Positions 9,299 through 18,643 are shown, counted from the first letter of the stretch. The stretch is 64,000 nt of DNA from an uncultured Candidatus Saccharibacteria bacterium (GCA_964412585.1 CAYPPJ010000005.1:1512-65511), one strand, 5' to 3'. Notes: generated by a model not told the origin, from the sequence alone. Made by a program: numbers and translations.

Positions 9299-9345
9299 AA
9301 ACTCCGAACCATTCGGAAATCGCGCCGCTCGCACAGAGCGGCGCT

Positions 9346-10023
9346 TTAATGTCCCAATTTCTTGAACTCCGTCACCGCATCCACATAGTTGTCTGCCTCA
9401 AAAATAGCAGAGCCGACGACAAGCCTATTTGCACCCGCTTCAAGAAGCGCCGACCCATTCTCCAATGAAACTCCCCCATCTACGGAAATAGGTATCTCTG
9501 GGTAAGCAGCTCGAACCTCTTTTATTTTATCAATGACTTTGGCATCAAAAGGTTGATGTTGGAAGCCAATAGTATCTATACCCATAAGCTGAATGCCTTG
9601 AATCTTATCTTTGTATGGTTCAATAGCCGAAATGGGTGTATCTATATTGAGTGCCAGACTTACTTCGATTCGATCTTTCAACTGATCGACCGCACCCTCA
9701 ATATTTCCACGTGCTTCAACATGAATAATAATACGTGTCGCACCAGCACTGACCCATTCCTCAACAACTTCTTCGGGACGGTTGGCCATAAGGTCAATCT
9801 CAAAGTTGAGCTTCTCCCAGCCAGGCAAACCTTCTTCTTCAGTTACAATCTTATGAAAAGAATCGTCTTCTTTGCGGTACGGCCAGGTGGCACTCGGCAC
9901 GAACTGACCATCACAGACATCGATCTGCACGGTTTTTACGAAATCCTTGATAAGGTCAATTTTTTCCCGGAGCTCAGCAAAATCCTTAGGAAGAATGGCG
10001 GGGATTATTTCAGGGCGTTTCAT
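9346..10023 (-). CDS. rpe: ribulose-phosphate 3-epimerase-like (TIM barrel)
   Basis: The N-terminal IIPAILPKDFAELREKI matches the Rpe IAPSILSADFA pattern. Later segments IHVEA..G and DGGV fit as well. Clustered with tkt and rpiB. Confidence 0.7.
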   Translation of the reverse strand: MKRPEIIPAILPKDFAELREKIDLIKDFVKTVQIDVCDGQFVPSATWPYRKEDDSFHKIVTEEEGLPGWEKLNFEIDLMANRPEEVVEEWVSAGATRIIIHVEARGNIEGAVDQLKDRIEVSLALNIDTPISAIEPYKDKIQGIQLMGIDTIGFQHQPFDAKVIDKIKEVRAAYPEIPISVDGGVSLENGSALLEAGANRLVVGSAIFEADNYVDAVTEFKKLGH

Positions 10024-10057
10024 ACATCGCAGTATAGCAAACTACATCACATTAATA

Positions 10058-10105
10058 AATCTTCAGCGAATCTTTATCAAAACTTCAGCGGGCTTCAACT
10101 TGACA
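10058..10105 (+). promoter_or_regulatory. phased 11-bp repeat array ending in a TTGACA -35 element
   Basis: Repeats AATCTTCAGCG, AATCTTTATCA and AAACTTCAGCG lie at 10058-10090. TTGACA lies at 10100-10105, then a 16-nt spacer and TATAAT at 10122-10127. The same array type occurs at 36355 and 50966. Confidence 0.5.
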
Positions 10106-10133
10106 GTAGAAAAAAGATACTTATAATTATAGG

Positions 10134-10228
10134 CGATGTAGTCTGTTTATCAGACCATCTGGAGCCCGACGAAAGGCGAATCATATCGCCAGATGATCGG
10201 CACAAAAAATCCCTCAAGGGATTTTTTG
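10134..10228 (+). ncRNA. candidate small RNA (~95 nt) with its own promoter and an intrinsic terminator
   Basis: The promoter lies just upstream. Internal hairpins are gtctg-tttat-cagac and catctgg...ccagatg, plus ggcgat...atcgcc. Terminator ATCCC-tcaa-GGGAT followed by TTTTTTG at 10209-10228. No ORF. Convergent with rpiB. Confidence 0.5.
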
Positions 10229-10249
10229 TTTATACTAAAATAACCTAAC

Positions 10250-10708
10250 TTACTCAATCGCATCTATCTGCTCAATCCGGCGAGCATGCCTTTCGTCTCC
10301 ACTAAATGGCGTAGTCAGCCAAACTTCTACCGCATCACTCGCCGCATCAGCTTCAACATACTTTGCACCTATAGATAGCACATTGGCATCATTATGCTCA
10401 CGAGTCTTTTTGAGAATATCTTGGTCACCTCCGTACCAAACAGCTGCACGTACTCCTGGAAAACGATTTGCAACCATCGCTTCACCCTGTCCTGAGGCGC
10501 CAAAAATAATAGCTTTGGTATTCCCTTTCAAATCTTCTGCAACCTTGAGGGCTGCAGCGGCCATGTAGGTAGGATAATCATCGCCATCTTTGAGTTCATG
10601 TGCACCGACATCGGTAACCTGATACCCTTCACCAACAAGAAATGTCTTGACTACTTCTTTGACGGCAAATCCGGCGTGATCTGTAGCGAGAATGATTGAA
10701 GGTTTCAT
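10250..10708 (-). CDS. rpiB: ribose-5-phosphate isomerase B (RpiB/LacAB family)
   Basis: 152 aa. The N-terminus ILATDHAGF and the overall RpiB/LacAB fold pattern match. Confidence 0.85.
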   Translation of the reverse strand: MKPSIILATDHAGFAVKEVVKTFLVGEGYQVTDVGAHELKDGDDYPTYMAAAALKVAEDLKGNTKAIIFGASGQGEAMVANRFPGVRAAVWYGGDQDILKKTREHNDANVLSIGAKYVEADAASDAVEVWLTTPFSGDERHARRIEQIDAIE

Positions 10709-10721
10709 AAAATGTTATTTG

Positions 10722-11054
10722 TTATTGAATGCTCACAAAATACGCAATAAAGAAGAAAATCATGACCACAAAAATCGTCACAGTGGTATATCCAAGCAAC
10801 TTGAGCGCCTCTTTCTTCTTGCCATCAAGATACCACAAGATCGGACGTCCGAGAACAAGTCCACCACATACCAGTGCAGAAAAGATGAACAACAGAAGCA
10901 TGGCCATAGGAATGAGCGCATTATCAGGTCCATGCCCAAAGATAGTGCCTGCATTGCTGACAAATAAGGCCACCAAGGCAACATAAAATGCAGTTAGGAG
11001 AGCATTGGCGAGGGCGTATTTGAGAATTGATGGTTTGTTATTCATTGAATTCAA
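10722..11054 (-). CDS. small hypothetical membrane protein (3 TM helices)
   Basis: 110-aa hydrophobic ORF. Confidence 0.45.
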   Translation of the reverse strand: MNSMNNKPSILKYALANALLTAFYVALVALFVSNAGTIFGHGPDNALIPMAMLLLFIFSALVCGGLVLGRPILWYLDGKKKEALKLLGYTTVTIFVVMIFFFIAYFVSIQ

Positions 11055-11232
11055 TTATAGCATTTTACGAAATAGTAGTCTGATTTGACATTATGAAATA
11101 GTATCTGTATAGTTTATTAAATTCTTTTCCTCTAGCTTCCCCTGCACCACTGTTGGCGCTGGGGATCTTTGGAGGAAAGGATAGTTCCTTTACAAGATTC
11201 TGACTGTTCTATCCAATCTGACTGAATGTAGT

Positions 11233-12645
11233 GTGAAAACGAAACAACCAAAATATACTGGCCGGATCATATCGATTCCGGGAAACGACGGGTACGGATT
11301 CATCGGCATCGACACGATCGGATTGAGTGAAAGCGGTGACAGTGACAACCTCGATACGAAACACGACATCTTCCTGCACAAGGATGATTGCGGGTCTCCG
11401 CTCAAGGTCGGCATGACGGTCTCCTTCGATGTCGTTCCGGACAAAACACGGGGCGAAAAACATTTCCGCGCCGTTGGTGCGGTAGAATGCCTCGAAGCCG
11501 AACTGCTCTCCCCCAACGAAGCACCTCTACCGGGTTTCATGGCTCTTGCACCATTTGGGCAACAACCTTTGGGACAAGGCTTGCCAATTCTGCCCGCCAC
11601 GCCTGCACAACGCTCCATGAAGGCCGTCCCCGAAGAGGCCGTCCAGTGCGTTGTCCGCAATGAGCCACTTCATACAATTGCTCGGGATTCGTCGGTACCG
11701 GAACAACGCGATCTTCTGATTCAGGCATTCCTCGAATTTCTCTTCCCTACCATGAAACAATTCGGCGCCTCGTTCAAACTGGACGGCAGCGACGACGTGG
11801 AGGTTGATGCCCAGATCAAAGCTGCGCAAGAAGACCACAAAGCACTCGGCATGGAGGAACAGGATACCGTTATGACCAAGGAAGTTGAACGGTTTCGTTC
11901 ATTTCGCGGCGCGTTGAAGTTCATGGTCGAAGAAAACCTCGTCCGGCGTGACACCATCATCCCAATCGAGTACCTGCCTGATTTCTTCATGGCTGTACCA
12001 GTGTGGTTCCATTACACGAACGGGGCGCTCGCGGAACTAATCGAAAATGACTGGGCCAACCATGACCCTCACATCAATTCCGCAACCAAGTACTTCTGCA
12101 ACCTGTTCCCAAACCAGCGTTGGATGGATACGTTCCTCATGTTCAATCGCCGCTTGCGCACTCTGAGGATGTACAAGGGCGACATTATTCCGCCCCACGT
12201 ACTCAGAAGGATACGGGAGGCGGCAAAACTGTTCGACCATGTCGTAATCATGACACCGTATCTCGACGTCGCCGGAAAGGACTGGCAGGATGCGGCATGG
12301 ATTCGGTCAATTGATCCGTATGTGGTTGGATTCAAACAGGGCGTCCCGTACTTCTTTGTATTGGCACGATTCAGTGACTCGGGAACGTTTCCATTGTTCG
12401 AAAAACTCCTTGCGGATACGACGGAGTTTCTCCGTGTGCACAAAAACGACTTGCGAGGTTTCGACCGAGCCAGCTTCCCGTATTGGATGAATCCGATCGA
12501 AGAAAAACCATACGAAGGCAAACTTGGCGTTCACTTGATTGAACACGTTAATATGCTGCTCACCGCCTTCGGGCAGGGCAAGCTCTTCGACTGGCTGCGT
12601 GGCACCGTCTCGGATGACGAGGTGCTCAAGACAAAGAAGAAATAG
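11233..12645 (+). CDS. cold-shock-domain fusion protein: N-terminal CSD-like OB fold plus a ~370 aa uncharacterised C-terminal domain
   Basis: The N-terminus GRIISIPGNDGYGFIG ... DIFLHKDD ... KVGMTVSFDVVPD ... RAVGAV aligns with the CspA pattern GIVKWFNADKGFGFI..DVFVHFSAI..GQKVSF. The rest has no recognisable motif. Monocistronic, with a terminator at 12664-12700. Confidence 0.6.
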   Translation: MKTKQPKYTGRIISIPGNDGYGFIGIDTIGLSESGDSDNLDTKHDIFLHKDDCGSPLKVGMTVSFDVVPDKTRGEKHFRAVGAVECLEAELLSPNEAPLPGFMALAPFGQQPLGQGLPILPATPAQRSMKAVPEEAVQCVVRNEPLHTIARDSSVPEQRDLLIQAFLEFLFPTMKQFGASFKLDGSDDVEVDAQIKAAQEDHKALGMEEQDTVMTKEVERFRSFRGALKFMVEENLVRRDTIIPIEYLPDFFMAVPVWFHYTNGALAELIENDWANHDPHINSATKYFCNLFPNQRWMDTFLMFNRRLRTLRMYKGDIIPPHVLRRIREAAKLFDHVVIMTPYLDVAGKDWQDAAWIRSIDPYVVGFKQGVPYFFVLARFSDSGTFPLFEKLLADTTEFLRVHKNDLRGFDRASFPYWMNPIEEKPYEGKLGVHLIEHVNMLLTAFGQGKLFDWLRGTVSDDEVLKTKKK

Positions 12646-12663
12646 TCAGAATCTCAACGTCAT

Positions 12664-12700
12664 TGGCGCCAACTCAGACTTGGCGCCTTTTTTATTTATA
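12664..12700 (+). terminator. intrinsic terminator (GGCGCCAA...TTGGCGCC stem followed by TTTTTTATTT)
   Basis: Read directly downstream of the 12645 stop. Confidence 0.55.
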
Positions 12701-12717
12701 TTTGTATGTAAAATACA

Positions 12718-14019
12718 CTATATCTTCCTCAACTCCTCCCTCACCACCTTTCTATCATCCCACGCACTTCGTACACCACCGATAACTATCGACTGTTCCG
12801 CACCTTTTCCAGTAATGAGAACAACATCACCGGCCTGCGCCAATGAAAGCGCCTTGCGAATCCCCTCTCTGCGATCTTCAATGACGAAGAGGTCAGTGCC
12901 GCGCTTTTTGCCGAACTTTTCAGCAACCGTGGCAATATCTTCAAGGATTTCTTGTGGATCGTCTTCGTACGGATCCACATTCGTCACGATGACATAATCC
13001 GCCAGACGTGCCGACAATTCTCCCATAATTGGACGCTTTGACTTGTCACGACCTCCACCTTCAGCACCAAGGAGAATGATCGTGCGTGCACCAGGCTTTC
13101 GCATCTGCTTGGCAGTATTCAAGACGTTCGTCATGCTCTGTTTTTCGTGAGCATAATCAACAATCACGGTATACGGCTGACCTTCATTGATCTGCTCCAT
13201 GCGTCCTGGAATAACCTCGAGTCCCATTAACCCATTTCGGATGATCGAATCATTCATACCAGAGATATGGCCGATAATGATGGCGGGCAATGCATTGTAG
13301 ACATTAAATCTTCCAAGAATGCGTATGCTAAATGGCGTACCATCGACGGCAAACGTGACTCCGGTGTCGCTCTCCTTGATACTGGTTGCACGTATCTCAG
13401 CGGATGAATCAATACCAAAGGTAATCTTGCGATCAGCTTTGTATGATAAATAAAATTCACTATGCAAATCATCGGTATTGGCGATAATAACTTTCTCCAC
13501 ACGCTTTCCTGCAATAATTTTGTGTGCCGAACCAAGTGCGGCAAACATAGTACCCTTGGTTTTTTTGTAGTGTTCAAAACTTCCTCCATGAGAAGGCAAA
13601 TGTTCCGGCGTAAGGTTGGTAAAGACCGCGATGTCATAGTACACACCGACGTGACGATACTGAAGAATTCCTTCTGACGTTGTCTCAACAATACAATGCG
13701 TACAACCTTCACTAACCATGCGCGCGAGCAATGCCTGGATAGTAAAACGCCCTGGCATGGTCATGTGATATTTATTCAAAACCTCTTCAGTACCAATACG
13801 AATATTCGCCGTACTAATGATGCCCGTCTTGTGCCCTCCCGCCATCAGTGTTGACCAGATGAAATTGGTAGCCGACGTCTTTCCTTTGGTGCCCGTAATA
13901 CCGATAACCACCATCTTTTTCGATGGTGATCCATAGCGGAGAGCAGCAGCTCGTGCGAGACAGTAATGATACCAGCCGAGCACAAACTTCGGCGTCAGTG
14001 AATGAATGAATTTCTTCAT
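12718..14019 (-). CDS. Mur ligase family protein (MurE-like UDP-MurNAc-tripeptide synthetase, short N-terminus)
   Basis: GITGTKGKTS P-loop, DYAHEKQ (compare the DYAHTPDAL motif of MurE), and Mur ligase middle and C-terminal domains. 433 aa, without a typical MurE N-terminal domain. Confidence 0.8.
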   Translation of the reverse strand: MKKFIHSLTPKFVLGWYHYCLARAAALRYGSPSKKMVVIGITGTKGKTSATNFIWSTLMAGGHKTGIISTANIRIGTEEVLNKYHMTMPGRFTIQALLARMVSEGCTHCIVETTSEGILQYRHVGVYYDIAVFTNLTPEHLPSHGGSFEHYKKTKGTMFAALGSAHKIIAGKRVEKVIIANTDDLHSEFYLSYKADRKITFGIDSSAEIRATSIKESDTGVTFAVDGTPFSIRILGRFNVYNALPAIIIGHISGMNDSIIRNGLMGLEVIPGRMEQINEGQPYTVIVDYAHEKQSMTNVLNTAKQMRKPGARTIILLGAEGGGRDKSKRPIMGELSARLADYVIVTNVDPYEDDPQEILEDIATVAEKFGKKRGTDLFVIEDRREGIRKALSLAQAGDVVLITGKGAEQSIVIGGVRSAWDDRKVVREELRKI

Positions 14020-15059
14020 ATGAAGCGTTTTATCAGTTTACGCAGATTGTAGAGATAATACCAGAGGGGCTGCGCGACTACGTCATAGAAGTCAGAGTGA
14101 ATAAGTTCGTGTCCCCCAAAGCGTGTTTTGAAACGTGTCAGTCCTTCCCAGCCTTTGTAGAGGTTGCCCAGTGATACACCACCAAAATTATATTCAGTAC
14201 AACCGATCTTCTTGGCATGCTTAATAGCTTCCCACTGTGCAATGTGAGTGATTCCCAGATTGCGATGCTCATCACTCGATCCCGCAAAGACATAGTTCGC
14301 AACTTTTCCATGATAGATGATGAGATCAACAGTGAGAATCGCCCCTTCGAACTTTGCGAGGACTAAATATGCATATTCAGGTTTCAGTGTATTAAAAATA
14401 TTTTCGTAATATTCTTTTTCATGAAGACTGAATCCGTTTCTATCCGACGTCTCCTTCATCAGTTTATAAAAATCAGGAAAATAGCGCGCAAAGTCAGATG
14501 TAATGATTTCCGTCGTCACTCCTTTCCTTCCTGCTAGACGAATAGAATAGCGATTTTTCTCGTGAATTTCCTTGTAGATATCTTCCTCAGTTTTATGCAA
14601 ATTCAAAACCCATTCTGCACGAGGTTGGAAATAGGCTGAATGATACGTGTACGATGGCGCACGCTTGAAATGCTTGTCGAGCTGAGCAATCTTGTTCTGA
14701 TCTCGTGCAGCTGGTGTAAAGTCGAGACGAATAAAAACTGCATTTCGCTCACGTGCCACTGCCATCATTTTTTCTTTGACGGCCTCGAGTATTTCATTTG
14801 AAAATTCGCTGACCACGGGACCATAGGGTGCGTACAGATACTTTCTATCTTTGATGAGGGGATATTCAGTGAGTTGAATATATGCCACTGCCTTTCCATT
14901 TTTTTCGCCTACAAATCGAAAAGTAGTGCGGCCCAAGTTCTCTTGCCACTCGCCGTACAATCGTGCCTGCGTAAAAGGTGCATCCGCGGAGATGGTGAGC
15001 GGGTCAAAGGGTTCTGATTGAAGGATGGGGCGGAATTCGATAGACGACATTACCTGCAT
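14016..15059 (-). CDS. FemAB-family peptidoglycan aminoacyltransferase (FemX/MurM-like)
   Basis: 347 aa with a YLYAPYGPV motif and a GNAT-tandem length typical of FemAB (PF02388). A 4-nt overlap with the upstream Mur ligase gene points to an operon. Confidence 0.7.
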   Translation of the reverse strand: MQVMSSIEFRPILQSEPFDPLTISADAPFTQARLYGEWQENLGRTTFRFVGEKNGKAVAYIQLTEYPLIKDRKYLYAPYGPVVSEFSNEILEAVKEKMMAVARERNAVFIRLDFTPAARDQNKIAQLDKHFKRAPSYTYHSAYFQPRAEWVLNLHKTEEDIYKEIHEKNRYSIRLAGRKGVTTEIITSDFARYFPDFYKLMKETSDRNGFSLHEKEYYENIFNTLKPEYAYLVLAKFEGAILTVDLIIYHGKVANYVFAGSSDEHRNLGITHIAQWEAIKHAKKIGCTEYNFGGVSLGNLYKGWEGLTRFKTRFGGHELIHSDFYDVVAQPLWYYLYNLRKLIKRFI

Positions 15060-15081
15060 AGTATATCAGGAATTGTAATCA

Positions 15082-15663
15082 TTGACTAAACATGCAGTTA
15101 TGTGCTATAATAAGCCCGAATCTCATGAACATTCTCAACCAGAGCATGTGAAAGGTTCTGACCTCTCGCCTGAAATGAAAACATCGAATCCTACCATCAA
15201 GATTGGTACGGCAAATCTGCGACTGGCCGTAAATAAATCGGTCACAATTCCCTCATCATTTGGATATCATCTCGCCCGCGGTTTCAACCGCTTCGAATTG
15301 TGCAACGTCTCAAGCCCAGGACAACTCGGTGGCGACGCCTTCACTGAAGTGTACTTTACTACCATCTCCGGTAACCTGTACAAGATCTGGCAGCCGAAAG
15401 AGCCTGGTCACATCTGGGTTCTCGCCAACACGCGTGACAACAAGGGTTCAGGGGGAAATTTGAAAGTTTACCACTTTCCCCCGCCGGAGATTGAAAAAGC
15501 CATTCTCGAAGTCGGAATTCCATTCCACTTTGAAGATACTGGCGCCTCGACTCCCGTCGCTGCCATTCTGGCTGTGAATGCAAGAAGGAAGTACGGCGAT
15601 ACCAACACATCCCCCGAACTCTGGAGTGATATCCGCAACGAGTTCGACACCATGGTTAAGTAA
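15082..15663 (+). CDS. hypothetical protein
   Basis: 193-aa ORF with protein-like composition. Bidirectional terminator hairpin at 15691-15716. Confidence 0.4.
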   Translation: MTKHAVMCYNKPESHEHSQPEHVKGSDLSPEMKTSNPTIKIGTANLRLAVNKSVTIPSSFGYHLARGFNRFELCNVSSPGQLGGDAFTEVYFTTISGNLYKIWQPKEPGHIWVLANTRDNKGSGGNLKVYHFPPPEIEKAILEVGIPFHFEDTGASTPVAAILAVNARRKYGDTNTSPELWSDIRNEFDTMVK

Positions 15664-15729
15664 GCCTGCAAGCTTACACAACCAGCCCCGCGACTAGCAA
15701 TGGTCGCGGGGTAGATTGTTTACATTAAT

Positions 15730-16761
15730 TTACACCAACCTCCCCGCCTTTATCACATGCTCCACCAATGTATATGTATACCCCATCTCATTGTCATACC
15801 ACGCCAATACTTTGACTAGATTTCCATCGACCACACGTGTCATCTCGAGATCAGCAATAGATGCATGGCGGTTGCCAATAATGTCATGAGAAACGAGGGG
15901 CTCCTCGGTCACGGTGAAGATACCATTCCAACGAGGATCCTTGGCGGCTTTTTTGAGAAGTGAGTTGACTTCCTCGGCAGTGGTATTTTTCTTTGAGATA
16001 AATGTCACATCGACGATAGAGCCTGCGACTACCGGCACGCGGATAGAGATACCATCAAACTTTCCTTGAAGTTGAGTAGCGACCTTGGTTACGGCGATAG
16101 CGGCGCCAGTTGAAGACGGGACAATATTTTGGGCAGCGGCGCGACCTTCTCGAAGATCTTTCTTTGAAGGACCGTCAACAATAGCTTGTGAAGCTGTATA
16201 GGCGTGAACCGTATTCAAGACTGCTTTTTCAATGCCAAGAGTCTCGCCGAGAATAGCGATGAGTGGCGAACCAGCGTTGGTGGTACATGATGCATTTGAA
16301 GAAATAACACAACCTTCGAGCTTGTCTTCATTCATGCCCATGAGAACAGTCGAGCTCTGGAATGGAGAATCGGGAGCATCCTTCGTTGGCGCAGAAACAA
16401 CTACCCTTTTTGCACCAGCAGTAATATGAGCCTGCGCCTTTTCGGCAGACGTGAAGAGACCAGTCGACTCAACGACTATATCAATACCTAAAGATTTCCA
16501 TGGAAGCTTGGTCGGATCCTTCTCTGAGATAAACTGTACTTCCTGGCCGTCGATAACGAGTGAATTGGTTTTCTCATTTACCGTGACATCAAAAGGGCTG
16601 ACGCCGTAGGCACTATCATACTTCAATAGATAGGCGAAATTCTGAATACTGCCAAGGTCATTGATAGCAACAATCTCCAATTCTTGACGATTTTTGGCGA
16701 CTTTGACGAATGCCCTGCCGATACGACCGAACCCATTGATAGCAACGCGGATTTTTTTCAT
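15730..16761 (-). CDS. gap: glyceraldehyde-3-phosphate dehydrogenase, type I
   Basis: N-terminal MKKIRVAINGFGRIGR Rossmann motif, the catalytic SNASCTTN, and 343 aa. Confidence 0.95.
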   Translation of the reverse strand: MKKIRVAINGFGRIGRAFVKVAKNRQELEIVAINDLGSIQNFAYLLKYDSAYGVSPFDVTVNEKTNSLVIDGQEVQFISEKDPTKLPWKSLGIDIVVESTGLFTSAEKAQAHITAGAKRVVVSAPTKDAPDSPFQSSTVLMGMNEDKLEGCVISSNASCTTNAGSPLIAILGETLGIEKAVLNTVHAYTASQAIVDGPSKKDLREGRAAAQNIVPSSTGAAIAVTKVATQLQGKFDGISIRVPVVAGSIVDVTFISKKNTTAEEVNSLLKKAAKDPRWNGIFTVTEEPLVSHDIIGNRHASIADLEMTRVVDGNLVKVLAWYDNEMGYTYTLVEHVIKAGRLV

Positions 16762-16815
16762 GGAATTAAGGGTAAAAAGCTATGTGGATAACAGTCTTAT
16801 TCTATCATATACACA

Positions 16816-17445
16816 TTGGATTTCGTATGTGCTATGCTCGAAACTGGTTTAGAGCAGCAAACGGCACAGTATGTGCCACACAACCAAGGAGTACTTCGTA
16901 TGCCTCAGTTTGAAGATGCACCGGCTCAAGCAGAAACACAGCCCAAAACGGCCGAACAGCTCAGGTTTGAATGGTTCAGGGAAAATGTTGAAACCGAGTT
17001 GAAAATCCTTCGTGATGGTACAGGCAAAAAATTCGGCCGAATGGTTGCGCATTTTGACCACACTCTCAACCGGCGCGGTATCGAAGCCAGTCCGGAAGTA
17101 AAGGAAGTGTATCGGATTAAGCTTCACTGCGGTAAACCATGCTCGCTTGTCCTCGTCGAATCGGAGGAAGACCTTCGCACATTCACCCAGCGGTGCTGGG
17201 AAAGCGACACCTTCATTCCAGTGATCGCACCAAAAGATCCTGAGGATGAACCTGAATTGGATTATGAGTTGCGTAAACGGATCTTCAACACCTTCAAGCG
17301 TGGACTCCAGCAACTTCGGCGGATTCGCCGGCGGCAACACCGCGGTGCGACGTACCAGCGATTCGTCAATGGTTCACAACGGCTCTTTCAACGGCATGTC
17401 TTTCAGCGACAACCCTTTCACAACGGAAGTGGTGTAGCGGCCTAA
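16816..17445 (+). CDS. hypothetical protein (acidic N-terminus, Arg-rich C-terminus)
   Basis: ORF only. The start is uncertain. A bidirectional terminator follows at 17462-17500. Confidence 0.35.
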   Translation: MDFVCAMLETGLEQQTAQYVPHNQGVLRMPQFEDAPAQAETQPKTAEQLRFEWFRENVETELKILRDGTGKKFGRMVAHFDHTLNRRGIEASPEVKEVYRIKLHCGKPCSLVLVESEEDLRTFTQRCWESDTFIPVIAPKDPEDEPELDYELRKRIFNTFKRGLQQLRRIRRRQHRGATYQRFVNGSQRLFQRHVFQRQPFHNGSGVAA

Positions 17446-17496
17446 TCAGCCACGCAATCAATCGAGCGCGGTCCAGGTGACCGCGCTTTTTATTTT

Positions 17497-18582
17497 TTAC
17501 TTACCACGCATCTGTGCGTATCTTTTCCCCAACTTTTTGATGAGCCCCGGTCCTTCAAAAATCATGCCTGTTATGACCTGAACAAGATCCGCTCCTGCGT
17601 CGAACTTTTCTTTCATTGTCTCAGGTGACATCACGCCACCAACACCCATAATCGTAAACCGTTTACCAAATGCCTCTCGTGTTTTGTATATCAAATCTGT
17701 CGAAAGATGAGTGCAGGGCTTGCCTGAAAGACCTCCTTTATAGATTACCGGGGCTTCCGATCGAACATCGAGCGAATCATAGTCTTTATTGAGGTTACCG
17801 ATTACAACACCTTGTAGTCCGTGAGCCTCGATAATCTTGAGAAGCGCTTCAAATTGAGTCCACGGAATATTGATTGGCATTTTTATATACACCGGCTTCG
17901 TACATGGAATTGCCTTGAGTGCGGTAAGTAGTCGAGTCAACAATTCAGGTGTTGCAAACGCTTCTCCTCCAAAAGAATTGGGACATGAAATATTGATGGT
18001 GTAATAATCACCAACGTTTTCTTCATTGAGGCGCCTAAATGAATACACGTAGTCAGCAATGCCTGCTTCTATCTGCACAGATTGTTCGTCATTGGTACGC
18101 GCGATCGAAATACCGATAACAAAAGGCGGTCGACTTCTTATATCTGAAACTCCTTCTTTGTTTTGAACAGCGCGTGCTTTTTTGAGACGCTCGATGATCG
18201 CATCCACACCTTCATTTTTTAATCCTTTATTAACTAAAAGGCTTTGGGACTTGGGCAATCGAGTCAATCGCGGTGCAGGATTGCCTGTACACGGACGCGC
18301 AGTAACCGAACCAATCTCCTCCCCACCGAGTCCAATATGCTCGAGTGTACGAGTAAGTTGACCATTGTAGTCAAAACCAGCCGATAAAAGAAACGGTGTT
18401 TGGTACGATACACCATCGACAGTTTTTGAAATATCGGGACCATGGTATCCGTAGACAATACAGAGAATCTTTCGGGTCAAAGCTGTCGAACCTATCCAAC
18501 TACCCCATGCAATAAAAAAGTCATGCACGGCCTCCGGGTCGAACATGAACAGGATTGGCTTGAGAATATGCTTGTAGAGCAT
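17497..18582 (-). CDS. pyrD: dihydroorotate dehydrogenase (quinone), class 2
   Basis: N-terminal MLYKHILKPILFMFDPEAVH, the TARPCTGNPAPRLTRL motif, and an FMN-binding TIM barrel. Confidence 0.85.
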   Translation of the reverse strand: MLYKHILKPILFMFDPEAVHDFFIAWGSWIGSTALTRKILCIVYGYHGPDISKTVDGVSYQTPFLLSAGFDYNGQLTRTLEHIGLGGEEIGSVTARPCTGNPAPRLTRLPKSQSLLVNKGLKNEGVDAIIERLKKARAVQNKEGVSDIRSRPPFVIGISIARTNDEQSVQIEAGIADYVYSFRRLNEENVGDYYTINISCPNSFGGEAFATPELLTRLLTALKAIPCTKPVYIKMPINIPWTQFEALLKIIEAHGLQGVVIGNLNKDYDSLDVRSEAPVIYKGGLSGKPCTHLSTDLIYKTREAFGKRFTIMGVGGVMSPETMKEKFDAGADLVQVITGMIFEGPGLIKKLGKRYAQMRGK

Positions 18583-18643
18583 AGTGATAATTCACTATAC
18601 CATAGATTATGCTATAATTTCCTCACTAACCTCTCATATATTC

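Noticed and set aside
10134-10228. SRP (4.5S) RNA identity for the 95-nt sRNA
   Set aside because: The first 12 nt resemble the SRP UCUGUUUACCAG, but the domain IV GGAAG/AGCAG symmetric-loop motifs are not recognisable. Left as an unclassified sRNA.
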